The position numbers and the translations under genes were made by a program. Below, one piece after another: positions 33,444-42,303 of a stretch of 52,787 bases of DNA. Every line of letters begins with the position of its first letter. The first letter of the stretch is position 1. The notes beneath the pieces are model-generated. The model was not told the origin of the DNA and searched no databases. It saw only the letters and a program-made list of their open reading frames with translations. Origin of the DNA: a virus; the IMG/VR virus record IMGVR_UViG_3300002056_000004, positions 1 to 52,787 of that record, one strand, 5' to 3'.

Positions 33444-33889
33444 CGAATAGACGGATAAAGATTAAACAGACTTTGCCAGAGGAAGGTGAAAAGCAGGTCG
33501 CGCGTTGGGATGGTGTAGCTGGTGAAATTGATGTTGACACAGAACAATATCAGGTAGGTGGGATTTCATATGCTCCACCTGAAGGCGAACAATCTGAATC
33601 CATTGCAATAGAGATAAATGGCGATCCTGATAACGTGATTGCACTGCCACACGGCGGTATGGTCAAGGCGATGCCAGGGGAAACGTACCTATATAACGGT
33701 GCTACTCAATTTGTCATTAGAGATGAGGGTGTTATTTTGGAGTTGATTGTTGGCGGCCAGTCAATTCTCACTGTCCAGAACGGTCGATTGGAAACGAGCC
33801 TTGATATTGTGTCAAACGGTATCAGCTTGGAAACCCACAGGCATGGCGGGGTAAGAACTGGCGGCGGCACAACTGGAGAGCCTGTATGA
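33440..33889 (+). CDS. Baseplate spike / assembly protein V (Mu gp45-like)
   Basis: C-terminal LETHRHGGVRTGGGTTGEPV is typical of gp45/gpV. Confidence 0.7.
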   Translation: MTNRRIKIKQTLPEEGEKQVARWDGVAGEIDVDTEQYQVGGISYAPPEGEQSESIAIEINGDPDNVIALPHGGMVKAMPGETYLYNGATQFVIRDEGVILELIVGGQSILTVQNGRLETSLDIVSNGISLETHRHGGVRTGGGTTGEPV

Positions 33890-34305
33890 GTGATTGTTGC
33901 CCTTGTTACGAACAGATTGTCAGCCCTTCATTTTTCTATGGAGAGGGCGATTGCGACACGACCAATCACGACCTGAAGGTTAATTCAGGCGATTTGGAAG
34001 GCGGCAACGATGTTATTAGCGCGGCTCTTATCCAGCTTGGTACGGATTCGCGCTTTGACAATGAACGCGGGTGGTGGGGAGATCAATTTATGCCTTTCCC
34101 GATTGGGAATGAACTTTGGTCAATCCGCAAGCAGGGGATTACGGCCTTAAAAGTTGATGAGTTGGTTAGGAAAGCAATCGACCCGCTAATCAGGACAAAT
34201 CAGATTGATGATTTAAGGGTTGATGCTGTCAAGACGGTAGAAGGCGTTGATGTTGACGTTGAATTATTGGTTGGAAATAGAAGCATCTTTTCGGTGACGA
34301 TATGA
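33886..34305 (+). CDS. Baseplate protein, GP46 family
   Basis: DLKVNSGDLEGGNDVISAALIQLGTDSRFDNERGWWGD fits the phage GP46 pattern. Confidence 0.7.
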   Translation: MSDCCPCYEQIVSPSFFYGEGDCDTTNHDLKVNSGDLEGGNDVISAALIQLGTDSRFDNERGWWGDQFMPFPIGNELWSIRKQGITALKVDELVRKAIDPLIRTNQIDDLRVDAVKTVEGVDVDVELLVGNRSIFSVTI

Positions 34306-35327
34306 GTTTTGAAAACGCAGAAACAGAATCAGAATTTATTGATGCTATTCGAAGCATTTTTCGCGCTTACGTGCCTGAATCGGATGCTTGGTCTAAGCCT
34401 AATTTCTTTGATATAAACGCGACTGTTATTGGTGGCCTAGCGTGGTCAGGATATAACGAGGCTAGGAATGGCATTGATGCACGTTTGAACATTAGAACAG
34501 TGCAAGGGGAGGCGCTTGATTTATTGGCAGCGACGCCACCATTAAGCTTCTTTAGGCTTGGTGAGAGACCCTCAATGGGAAGCGTCAAGTTTACTTCAGA
34601 TACAGTTGCGACGGTAAACGCAGGTGAGGTTTTTACAACGGCTGATGGTGTGGAATATACTGCAACGGAAACGGTTGCGCTTGTGGATGGAATGGCAGAA
34701 ATTCCAGTCACTTCGAATGCCAACGGGGTTGACCAAAATTCATTACCAAATCAGCCACTCGAAACGGCTCTTGATGGTGAGGTTTATTCTTGTGGCATCG
34801 TTGGTGGTGCTGATGTTGAATGTGATGAGGATTTCAGAAATCGAATATTCGCAGAACGTTCAAAGAGTTTCTTCTTTGGCAGTCAGAAATCTTATGAAAC
34901 CATTGTTAATGGTTATCCAGGTATCACGAGGGTATATTTCAAGGATGGCTTCATTTTCCCAATGATGGACGACACGCGGCCTTGTGGTATTCCTACTTGT
35001 CAGGATTTGGAAAACATAGCCGATTCATTCAATGACCCCTGTTTAACGCCAGCAGGTTGCGCTCCTGCTCTAAGTCCTGCGACGGCTAAGGTTTTCGCAC
35101 CCGAAATTAGCTGGTGCAAAGCCCCTGATTATTGCGCTGTAGAGGCGTCTATAAAACAATGGCTAATAGAAAATTACGGGCTTGGTCAGGCGGTTGTTGC
35201 GACTGATTTCATAGCATTTTTAAATGCAGAATATTCAGAATTTGGCGCTTCTTTGGTTGGTTGCTGTGATTTCCCTGCTGAGCCGTATGATATCTATTCA
35301 TGCGTTGAAATAATACACGGGTGCTAA
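34302..35327 (+). CDS. Baseplate J-like protein (Mu gp47)
   Basis: 341 aa, conserved gene order gp46-gp47-gp48. Confidence 0.7.
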   Translation: MSFENAETESEFIDAIRSIFRAYVPESDAWSKPNFFDINATVIGGLAWSGYNEARNGIDARLNIRTVQGEALDLLAATPPLSFFRLGERPSMGSVKFTSDTVATVNAGEVFTTADGVEYTATETVALVDGMAEIPVTSNANGVDQNSLPNQPLETALDGEVYSCGIVGGADVECDEDFRNRIFAERSKSFFFGSQKSYETIVNGYPGITRVYFKDGFIFPMMDDTRPCGIPTCQDLENIADSFNDPCLTPAGCAPALSPATAKVFAPEISWCKAPDYCAVEASIKQWLIENYGLGQAVVATDFIAFLNAEYSEFGASLVGCCDFPAEPYDIYSCVEIIHGC

Positions 35328-35330
35328 TCA

Positions 35331-36014
35331 ATGTCATGCTTGATTAAACCCATTGAGCCTTGTCATTCAGAGCCTTGCGATGGTCTGGATGAGGTGCTTT
35401 CGTTATTACCCAAAGGCGCTCTATGGGACGCTTCGCGGGAATCTACATATTCAAATTATGTCAGGGCGCTTGGTCATATCAAGTCGTGCTGGAATGCTCG
35501 GATATGTCAGGAATGGAACGAACTTAACCCATGCACTTCAGTACGCTTGTTTGACTATTGGGCTGACCTTTATTCGTTCCCGTCTTGTGTCGATCAAACA
35601 AGGGAAAAGCTCTGTGAATGGATTGATTTGTTAAGCGACCCTGATTGCCCAGTTGGGAGCGTTGGCTTCTTGTCAAAGGCGGTTGAATTTTTCGCGCCTG
35701 ATATTGAATTGACATTTGTAATGGATGGAATTGGCGAAGCTGGTTGCTTGGCAGGTTGCTCTTGTGGCGTTCATATTGTCTTATCAGCGCCACCCAATTT
35801 GATATATTACGACCCCTCTGTTATTGATAATCCTAATTCTGAAATAAGTATTGAAAAACAGTTAAGTGGCATATTTATACCAGAAATAAACTGCATTAAA
35901 AACACGATATTCCCTTTTGGAGTTCCTGTTCTTATTGCGACATTGCCTAATAATGGCGATAATTCGATTTCTGGAGTGCCGATTGAAAATACTGGCGTAA
36001 ACGATTTTGCTTAA
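35331..36014 (+). CDS. Tail protein, DUF2313 / Mu gp48 (YmfQ-like)
   Basis: VLSLLPKGALWDASRES matches the LLPxGxaW signature. Confidence 0.65.
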   Translation: MSCLIKPIEPCHSEPCDGLDEVLSLLPKGALWDASRESTYSNYVRALGHIKSCWNARICQEWNELNPCTSVRLFDYWADLYSFPSCVDQTREKLCEWIDLLSDPDCPVGSVGFLSKAVEFFAPDIELTFVMDGIGEAGCLAGCSCGVHIVLSAPPNLIYYDPSVIDNPNSEISIEKQLSGIFIPEINCIKNTIFPFGVPVLIATLPNNGDNSISGVPIENTGVNDFA

Positions 36015-36023
36015 GGAACTTGA

Positions 36024-36569
36024 ATGGGTACGTTTGCTGAAAATTCAACTAACATTGCCGAATTAACGGAAGAGGAGTATTGCGAGGGCTTCGCTCAAAA
36101 CGCCTGTGAAAATGGCGGTTTACGCATGACTTCCGCTAATTTCAACGCAATCATTAATAGGCTTGAATCTCAAATTCCAGATCCGACTGATTTGACATCA
36201 ATAAATGAGGCTATTGCTGAACTTCAAGAATGCTGTGCGGAGGTAGAGGCGCTTGAGATTAGAGTTACAGCCCTTGAAAATGCAGAAAACACGACTGGAC
36301 TAACGATGCTTGCGGCTGGCAGAGGCTCTTCAATTGCATACGATTCAGGGCTTATAGACGGTTTAACTGCTGGCGCTAATCCTAATGGTAATGCAGTATT
36401 GAATTGGACAAACGCAGGTGACGTTATTGTAGGCCAGACTCTATCAAGCGGTGCTGTTGATGGTGCTGGTTCTGGTCATACAAACTTAACGGCACAAACG
36501 ACTTTTGATGCGCATGTAAACTTAGGGCAGGGCGATGTATTCGACCTACCTTGGTCTCTTTGGGGTTGA
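36024..36569 (+). CDS. Tail fibre protein (short)
   Basis: 181 aa after the baseplate genes. Coiled-coil segment INEAIAELQECCAEVEALEIRVTALEN. Confidence 0.55.
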   Translation: MGTFAENSTNIAELTEEEYCEGFAQNACENGGLRMTSANFNAIINRLESQIPDPTDLTSINEAIAELQECCAEVEALEIRVTALENAENTTGLTMLAAGRGSSIAYDSGLIDGLTAGANPNGNAVLNWTNAGDVIVGQTLSSGAVDGAGSGHTNLTAQTTFDAHVNLGQGDVFDLPWSLWG

Positions 36570-36573
36570 TATC

Positions 36574-37098
36574 ATGAGAGTTGATTGCAACCGGCAAACC
36601 TTTGACCTAGACGCTCAAGTCATAGAAATACCATTCGGAGATCCGGTCGCGCTTAGAGCTGTTGATTTGCCCAACGATGGCGATTTTCACGTCATTCTTT
36701 CCGACGTGCAGAATTTCACATTGGCTCAACGTAGTTGGTTAAATATCAACGCTTCTTATTTTATGCGGCTTTCAAGGGAGCGTTTCTTTGAGTTCCCCGA
36801 CGGAACCAGAATAGGCGTTTTGCTTAGGTCAACTGTTAGAGTTCAATGCGCTGGTGGCACAAAAAATATTGGCAAGGATATCAGGCTTTCAAAGACTAAT
36901 CGCATTGATATGGATTCCAATACAATTGGCGGGCATGGCGGCACTCTATTGTGCGACGCTGGCGCTTTAACGGTCACAAGAGAAATCACTTGGGCGTGTA
37001 CTGCTGCCAGAACCAACTACAACCCTGATGTTCTAAACTTGGCAAATGCAGTGACGTACAGGCTTCCAATAGTGGATATTGGTGTGCTGCCGATATGA
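36574..37098 (+). CDS. Hypothetical tail-fibre-region protein
   Basis: ATG 36574 lies 5 nt after the upstream stop; the track ORF starts at 36535. Confidence 0.5.
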   Translation: MRVDCNRQTFDLDAQVIEIPFGDPVALRAVDLPNDGDFHVILSDVQNFTLAQRSWLNINASYFMRLSRERFFEFPDGTRIGVLLRSTVRVQCAGGTKNIGKDIRLSKTNRIDMDSNTIGGHGGTLLCDAGALTVTREITWACTAARTNYNPDVLNLANAVTYRLPIVDIGVLPI

Positions 37099-37131
37099 GA
37101 ATGAGAAAACTTTCCAAACGAGGTAAAGAAA

Positions 37132-37779
37132 ATGATTGAACCAAAAAAAGAATGTTGCCCTTTGACAATAGAGGCCGTCATAAATTCTCAAGAATTTCAA
37201 GACGCTCTAGCTGGCGCTGGTGGTTTCGACACGTCCAATGAAGCGGATATTACTGCATTAAAAGAAGCTATTGCAGAGTGCTTGGAAAATGATGCGGATG
37301 GTAGCAATGTATTCCGCGAAGCCGTTGCGGCTTCTATAGCTGATGATCCTGAAGCGATTAACTCAATAATCGACAAAGTTTCTCCAAAGATAGAGCAACT
37401 TGGACTGGGGAATGTAACCCTTGATACGGCTGGTGAACAAGAGTTGGCTAATTTCAGTTACACTCCAAAATTCCCGAAATCTGTCATTCAAGTTACGGTT
37501 CATTACAACGGAACTGTGAGTGAGGATGCCCCCTCTGGTGTGATGGGTGCTATTTTCCGTCTGAGACGTGATTCTGCGACTGGTGGGAGTCTTGACACGG
37601 TAACTCATGGAAGTGAAGCCTCGGCAACTACTGATACGGTTCCAGGTACTCTCACGGCCACAGTTGCGGCAACTGGAAGTGCTATTGACTACTTTATCAC
37701 TGGCATTCTCGGAAGTGGCGCAACGGACGCTGGCATGAGAGATATCGACGTTGTGATTATTGAAACGCCAGTTATCTAA
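37132..37779 (+). CDS. Second fibre-like protein
   Basis: 215 aa. The N-terminal helical region with ITALKEAIAECLEN resembles that of 36024-36569. SD GGTAAAGAAA. Confidence 0.5.
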   Translation: MIEPKKECCPLTIEAVINSQEFQDALAGAGGFDTSNEADITALKEAIAECLENDADGSNVFREAVAASIADDPEAINSIIDKVSPKIEQLGLGNVTLDTAGEQELANFSYTPKFPKSVIQVTVHYNGTVSEDAPSGVMGAIFRLRRDSATGGSLDTVTHGSEASATTDTVPGTLTATVAATGSAIDYFITGILGSGATDAGMRDIDVVIIETPVI

Positions 37780-38735
37780 TGATTACGGTTTCTGACCTTC
37801 AAAAGATCGGGGGTACTCGCTCCCGTTCTTCAATGCTTTCCAAGATTGCGGATGCGTTTAATCGTTATGCGTTCACGTATGGCGTAGTGCATCAAAATGA
37901 TATTGCTGATTTTCTGGCGCATGTAGCGGTTGAGACTGGCGGTTTTCGCAACCTTGAAGAAAACATGAACTACAGTGTAGAGGGTTTGAAGTCGACATTC
38001 TCACGGTCGCGTATATCTGCGGCTGATTGTGAGAAATACGGTCGTAAAAAAGGCCAAAAGGCTAACAAGGAAACCATTGCCAATATCGTCTATGGTGGCG
38101 AGTGGGGCAAGAAACATTTGGGCAATCAAATATATGGCGATGGCTGGAAATATCGCGGCTCTGGCGCTGGTCAAGTTACAGGCTTGGCAAACTTTGCCAG
38201 AGCGCAACGCCTGACTGGAATCGACTTCTTATCCGACCCTGAATTAATGCGTGAGCCTGTCGAGGGAATGCAAGCAACGCTGGCGCTTTGGCGCGAGTGG
38301 GATATGAACAGCTATGAGGGCGGTTCTGTTGCATCGCGCAAGAAGTGGAATGGCGGCACTAACGGACTAGAGAAGTATCAGGAAGCATTTTCAATAGCCA
38401 TGAAGCTGAAGCTTTCCGTTCCTGAGCCTTCCGCGCCACCGACTGTTGAAATGCCAAGCGAGGCTGATGAAAGGCTACACAACATTGCTGACAGATTGGC
38501 ATCACGTGGCAGGGCTTCAAAGACTACAGCTTCGGCTCTTGCGGCAGGTGGCATTGGCAGTGGGATAGGCATTGCGAATAGTGTTGTTGACACCGCTTCA
38601 AATGCACAGAACGTTGCTGAAAAAGCTGGTGGGATTGACTGGATCACAGTTGGCGCGATTGCGATTGTTGTTCTGGCAGGTGTGATTATCGCAGAGCGCC
38701 TTTGGTATATGTATCAGGCGAGGGCGGTTGTATGA
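37779..38735 (+). CDS. Endolysin, glycoside hydrolase family 19, with a C-terminal linker and TM segment
   Basis: FLAHVAVETGGFRNLEENMNYS ... YGDGWKYRGSGAGQVTGLANF is a GH19 signature. The C-terminus ends in IDWITVGAIAIVVLAGVIIAERLW. Confidence 0.8.
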   Translation: MITVSDLQKIGGTRSRSSMLSKIADAFNRYAFTYGVVHQNDIADFLAHVAVETGGFRNLEENMNYSVEGLKSTFSRSRISAADCEKYGRKKGQKANKETIANIVYGGEWGKKHLGNQIYGDGWKYRGSGAGQVTGLANFARAQRLTGIDFLSDPELMREPVEGMQATLALWREWDMNSYEGGSVASRKKWNGGTNGLEKYQEAFSIAMKLKLSVPEPSAPPTVEMPSEADERLHNIADRLASRGRASKTTASALAAGGIGSGIGIANSVVDTASNAQNVAEKAGGIDWITVGAIAIVVLAGVIIAERLWYMYQARAVV

Positions 38736-39118
38736 TTGCCATTTCGCTTCCCTACAAAATTCTAGGCTTTATCGCGCTATTGGCGGTTTTGTTTATATGG
38801 CACTCAATCGACAAACATTATGCGGTTGAAGAGGCCAAGAAAGGGCTTGTCGAAAAGTCAAAGATTGTACGGCTGCAAACTGAATTAGAGTCTCAACAGG
38901 AATTAAACCGCTTTGAGCGATCCCGTGTAAATCACAACGAAAATATCAAGCGTAATTACGAACGGTTATTGAATCAGTTCAATCGCCAAAAAGAGAGCGA
39001 CTACGCATTTTTGAGAGATGAGTATGATGATACAGTCAATGAAATCCTTTCGGGTAGCAACCATTGCGTTGTCAATGACAGCGTTCTTAAGCGGCTGCGG
39101 AACGCGACCGGAAACTGA
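38732..39118 (+). CDS. i-spanin (Rz-like)
   Basis: N-terminal TM (ILGFIALLAVLFIW) followed by a coiled-coil periplasmic domain. ATGA overlap with the endolysin gene. Confidence 0.65.
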   Translation: MIAISLPYKILGFIALLAVLFIWHSIDKHYAVEEAKKGLVEKSKIVRLQTELESQQELNRFERSRVNHNENIKRNYERLLNQFNRQKESDYAFLRDEYDDTVNEILSGSNHCVVNDSVLKRLRNATGN

Positions 39119-39374
39119 GATTGTCAAAGAGGTTGCCAAGCAGGAAGCCGCGCGAGTTGTGACCAAGGTTGTTCGCGTTGTTGAAAAGACACCGCCACCA
39201 CCACTACCTGCTTTGCCTCAAGATTGCCGTACAACAGAGGATTACAAGGCAAGGGTGAATGAGAGCCTTGAAAGCGTCCTTATCGCTGCTGATGCGGCTG
39301 TGAGCCGTGGCAACGCAAGAATACAAAGGTGTGCGGCACATTATGATGAGCTTCGAAAGGTAGGGTTAAAATGA
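39039..39374 (+). CDS. o-spanin (Rz1-like lipoprotein), partly overlapping the i-spanin gene in another frame
   Basis: MKSFRVATIALSMTAFLSGC lipobox, with a Pro-rich stretch PPPPLPALP. The track ORF starts at 39018. Confidence 0.65.
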   Translation: MKSFRVATIALSMTAFLSGCGTRPETEIVKEVAKQEAARVVTKVVRVVEKTPPPPLPALPQDCRTTEDYKARVNESLESVLIAADAAVSRGNARIQRCAAHYDELRKVGLK

Positions 39375-39544
39375 TAGGTTTGATGTTAATACTGATTGGT
39401 GTTCTTGGGTTTGTAATCCGAATTGCGGCAGCTTCCGCACACCCAGCTCCCAGTCAAGACGATAGCATAGGTTGGCATTTAGGAGTTTGCATATTCCTTT
39501 TTGCTTGCGGATGCATAGATGTCTTAATTCAGTTATTTACTTAA
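39371..39544 (+). CDS. Small two-TM protein (57 aa), possible holin/antiholin
   Basis: ATGA overlap with the o-spanin stop. MIGLMLILIGVLGFVIRIAAA...LGVCIFLFACGCIDVLI. Below the track threshold. Confidence 0.4.
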   Translation: MIGLMLILIGVLGFVIRIAAASAHPAPSQDDSIGWHLGVCIFLFACGCIDVLIQLFT

Positions 39545-39554
39545 AGGAAATCTT

Positions 39555-39761
39555 ATGAGTTATTTATACGCAATATCAAGAGGCAAGGGAACGCTTGTCG
39601 AATCCGGCAAACGACACTCCATTGGTGAGACGTCCGAAGTGTTTGATGAATACGTTTCAGACACAAAATCCATGGCAGTTTATTCCTCTGACAAAAGCCT
39701 TCAGCACGTCAAAAAGGGTAAATGGTCAATGACTATAATGCCTGAAGGTTACGTTCATTAA
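39555..39761 (+). CDS. Hypothetical protein (68 aa)
   Basis: ORF preceded by AAAGGAAA; lies 2 nt upstream of the next gene. Confidence 0.5.
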   Translation: MSYLYAISRGKGTLVESGKRHSIGETSEVFDEYVSDTKSMAVYSSDKSLQHVKKGKWSMTIMPEGYVH

Positions 39762-39763
39762 TT

Positions 39764-40999
39764 ATGCAACGCGATCGGCTTACTGAAAGTGACTTAATGC
39801 AAGCCTATGAGTTGCTTCGTGATAATACACATCCTGAAGCAGCCCGTATTTCTGGCATCAGTGAACGAACGCTTAGATACCGACGCTCACAGGCCGTTAA
39901 GCGTGGCCTGATAGGTGAGTTTGAAGGGCAAGTCCCAAAAGGAATGGAAGTCCACAAGGCATCCAAATCCTTTGATAAGGAAGGAAACTACAAAGGTTCA
40001 TCAATCCATATCGGCTCTGAAAAGCACCAAGGAACCGTACCTGAAGGAATGGCGATTAAAGCCATATCAAGGCTTCAAGACGCGGATGGGAATACAAGTG
40101 TCGAATGGGTGAAATACGACTCAACAAAGCGAGACCATGATTCAGTCATTGAACAAGTTAAATCTGCTTTCGGCAATATGGCAAGCCCCCCATGCATTAG
40201 CTTTAAACCACTAGACGCGCAAACCAATAAAAACCTTCTAGCATTTTACCCATTGGCAGACTTGCACATTGGATTGCTTGCGTGGGGTGAAGAAACTGGT
40301 GAGGATTGGGATACATCAATCGCGGTCAACAAATACCAAGCTTGCATGGAACGTGTAGCGGCAGGGACTGAAAACGCAGAAACGGCTATTATACTTTCAG
40401 GTGGCGATCTAACACATACGGACGGATTCAAGCCTATGACACCTGCCTCGGGTAATATTCTGGATGCAGATACTCGCTGGCCTAAAATGGTCGATGCAGC
40501 TATCAATTTATTGGTTTTTCAAGTAGAATTGGCACGACAAAAGCACAAGAAAATAATTGTTCGCATATTACCAGGCAATCATGACGAAACGACTGCAATC
40601 GCCATTACATACGCGCTCAATGCCTGGTATCGTAATGACAAGGCAGTAACTGTTGAAACAGATCCGTCAATATTCTTTTGGTACAGATTTGGAAAAACGA
40701 TGATTGGTGCTACGCATGGGCATACCTGCAAGCTTGTGGATATGCCTCTTGTAATGGCTAACAGGCGGGCTGATGATTGGGGTAAGTCGATGTTTCGTTT
40801 TGTTCATGGATTTCATATTCACCACAAAATCAAATTGATTTGGGAGGATGGTGGCGTTATTGGTGAGACGCATCAAAGCCCTTGCGCTCAAGACGCTTAT
40901 CATTTCCAGAAAGCTTACCTATCAGGGCGATCTATGCAATCTATAACCTATCATAAAGATGAGGGCGAATACGGCAGAACGCCCCGTGTAATGCTATGA
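39764..40999 (+). CDS. HTH domain fused to a calcineurin-like metallophosphoesterase
   Basis: N-terminal HTH AARISGISERTLRYRRSQAVKRGL. Phosphoesterase motifs in canonical order: LADLHIG, SGGDLTH, PGNHDE, ATHGH, GFHIHH. Confidence 0.7.
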   Translation: MQRDRLTESDLMQAYELLRDNTHPEAARISGISERTLRYRRSQAVKRGLIGEFEGQVPKGMEVHKASKSFDKEGNYKGSSIHIGSEKHQGTVPEGMAIKAISRLQDADGNTSVEWVKYDSTKRDHDSVIEQVKSAFGNMASPPCISFKPLDAQTNKNLLAFYPLADLHIGLLAWGEETGEDWDTSIAVNKYQACMERVAAGTENAETAIILSGGDLTHTDGFKPMTPASGNILDADTRWPKMVDAAINLLVFQVELARQKHKKIIVRILPGNHDETTAIAITYALNAWYRNDKAVTVETDPSIFFWYRFGKTMIGATHGHTCKLVDMPLVMANRRADDWGKSMFRFVHGFHIHHKIKLIWEDGGVIGETHQSPCAQDAYHFQKAYLSGRSMQSITYHKDEGEYGRTPRVML

Positions 41000-41148
41000 G
41001 CGACCGAATTAGAATTGCTGTTACAAAGAACGACAAAGGCGAATTTGTCAGAACTCTTCAAGTCGATAACAGGCCGGTAGCTGAACTGAATAAGGTCGAG
41101 GTCATAGAGCTTTGTATTAGCGCATCATCATCGCTCAGGTGGGATTGA
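40996..41148 (+). CDS. Small hypothetical protein (50 aa)
   Basis: ATGA overlap with the upstream stop. MSDRIRIAVTKNDKGEFVRTLQVDNRPVAELNKVEV... Confidence 0.4.
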   Translation: MSDRIRIAVTKNDKGEFVRTLQVDNRPVAELNKVEVIELCISASSSLRWD

Positions 41149-41269
41149 AATTTACAAAGCCCTTTAGCAAAATAGGTCGCTTTCGATAATTCGCTCAATG
41201 GTGAGCGGATACGGCTGAATAGCCTTTACATAGATCCTTTCAATCAAGGATTTACGTGCCCCTTACTTG

Positions 41270-41302
41270 CCCGCCTTGCTTGATTGCAGGGCGGGTTTTT
41301 TT
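41270..41302 (+). terminator. Strong rho-independent terminator between convergent gene blocks
   Basis: 10-bp stem CCCGCCTTGC / GCAGGGCGGG (one G-U), 6-nt loop, then TTTTTTTGTTTT. Confidence 0.8.
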
Positions 41303-41317
41303 GTTTTGTGGGTGGCC

Positions 41318-41575
41318 TTATTGTTGGGGTTTTAACTTTATCAGCGCGTCATATAAATTTTGCTGACTTGCATTCATGAGTTCACGCGCTTTTGGGTCTA
41401 AGTGCCAAACACGCCACTGTGCTTCACCATTAATCATCTCAGGTTCTTGGATTGTGAAACTTTGAAAATCATAAGCAATCAAGAAATGTGCCTCATACAG
41501 TGCCCTCCTAACTAAGCGTTCTTTCGCTTCATGAGCTTGATCATCATTTTCGACTGCATGTAACTGCGTCATCAC
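41318..41575 (-). CDS. Hypothetical accessory protein (85 aa)
   Basis: Last gene of a minus-strand four-gene block, ending before the bidirectional terminator region. Confidence 0.55.
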   Translation of the reverse strand: MMTQLHAVENDDQAHEAKERLVRRALYEAHFLIAYDFQSFTIQEPEMINGEAQWRVWHLDPKARELMNASQQNLYDALIKLKPQQ

Positions 41576-41586
41576 CTTCGGCCTTT

Positions 41587-41892
41587 CTATACAGTTTCAA
41601 ATTGTTGTTTGTATTCTTTACGAAGGCACTTCAATCTGTTGATTGCTTCCGCTTGCGTAATCCCAGCACAAAGCAAATATTGATAGCTATCAATGATGCT
41701 AGAAGCGGTTAGTAATTCTTCTCTGGTTGGCTGCGAATGTACCATTCTCCAGTTGAGAGATGTTCCATCACCTAAAGGCTTGGCTGGCATACTCATTTGA
41801 TAGCACTGATAGCTATCATCTTCATTCACAAGAACAGTAGTTGACCACTTGTGTTTAAGTTGCCTTGTTTTTGTAATTGGTGTGATGCTCAC
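41587..41892 (-). CDS. Hypothetical accessory protein
   Basis: GTG at 41892 lies 1 nt after the RyR-gene stop. The longest ORF (to 41958) would overlap the RyR gene by 65 nt. Confidence 0.5.
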   Translation of the reverse strand: MSITPITKTRQLKHKWSTTVLVNEDDSYQCYQMSMPAKPLGDGTSLNWRMVHSQPTREELLTASSIIDSYQYLLCAGITQAEAINRLKCLRKEYKQQFETV

Positions 41893-41893
41893 G

Positions 41894-42289
41894 TTACTGG
41901 CCTTTATATGAGTTTTTAGGAGCGGCCACAGCGTGAACCATTGCGCGAAAAATTGCATCCTTGGTTTGCTGGACTAGCGGCAACTGTTCAAATGGCACCA
42001 AGCAGTGATGCGTCTTGGCTTCTGGGTCTTTTGTTTCGCCATACACCCAGCCATCTGCAAGCTTTTCTTTCATCCAATTATCATGCGATGCGCTATCGCC
42101 CGCCTCTGGATTATCAAGATGAAACTTTACGCCATTAAAGGCCGATGTTTTCTGCCATTCCGGTGCCTCTTCCCATGTAGGTTGTGATGTATCGCCATTT
42201 ATTTCGCACCATGTTTTATTTGCCTCATGACACATTTTAGCAATTGTGTTTATTGAAGCTTCCGAAGGTTGTGTTGTGTTGTTTGTCAT
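41894..42289 (-). CDS. RyR (ryanodine-receptor repeat) domain protein
   Basis: HDNWMKEKLADGWVYGETKDPEAKTHHCLVPFEQLP matches the RyR-domain core (hE.W...k...GW.yG...d...k.hp.lvp...Lp). Confidence 0.6.
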   Translation of the reverse strand: MTNNTTQPSEASINTIAKMCHEANKTWCEINGDTSQPTWEEAPEWQKTSAFNGVKFHLDNPEAGDSASHDNWMKEKLADGWVYGETKDPEAKTHHCLVPFEQLPLVQQTKDAIFRAMVHAVAAPKNSYKGQ

Positions 42290-42303
42290 AATATCTGGCC
42301 TTT

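Noticed and set aside
36024-37779. Diversity-generating retroelement or invertible tail-fibre switch
   Set aside because: No reverse transcriptase, template/variable repeat pair, invertase gene or flanking inverted repeats were seen around the fibre genes.
41894-41958. 65-nt overlap between the RyR gene and the longest form of the next ORF
   Set aside because: A GTG start 1 nt after the RyR stop (41892) gives a non-overlapping, more economical model. The long form is probably an ORF-caller artefact.
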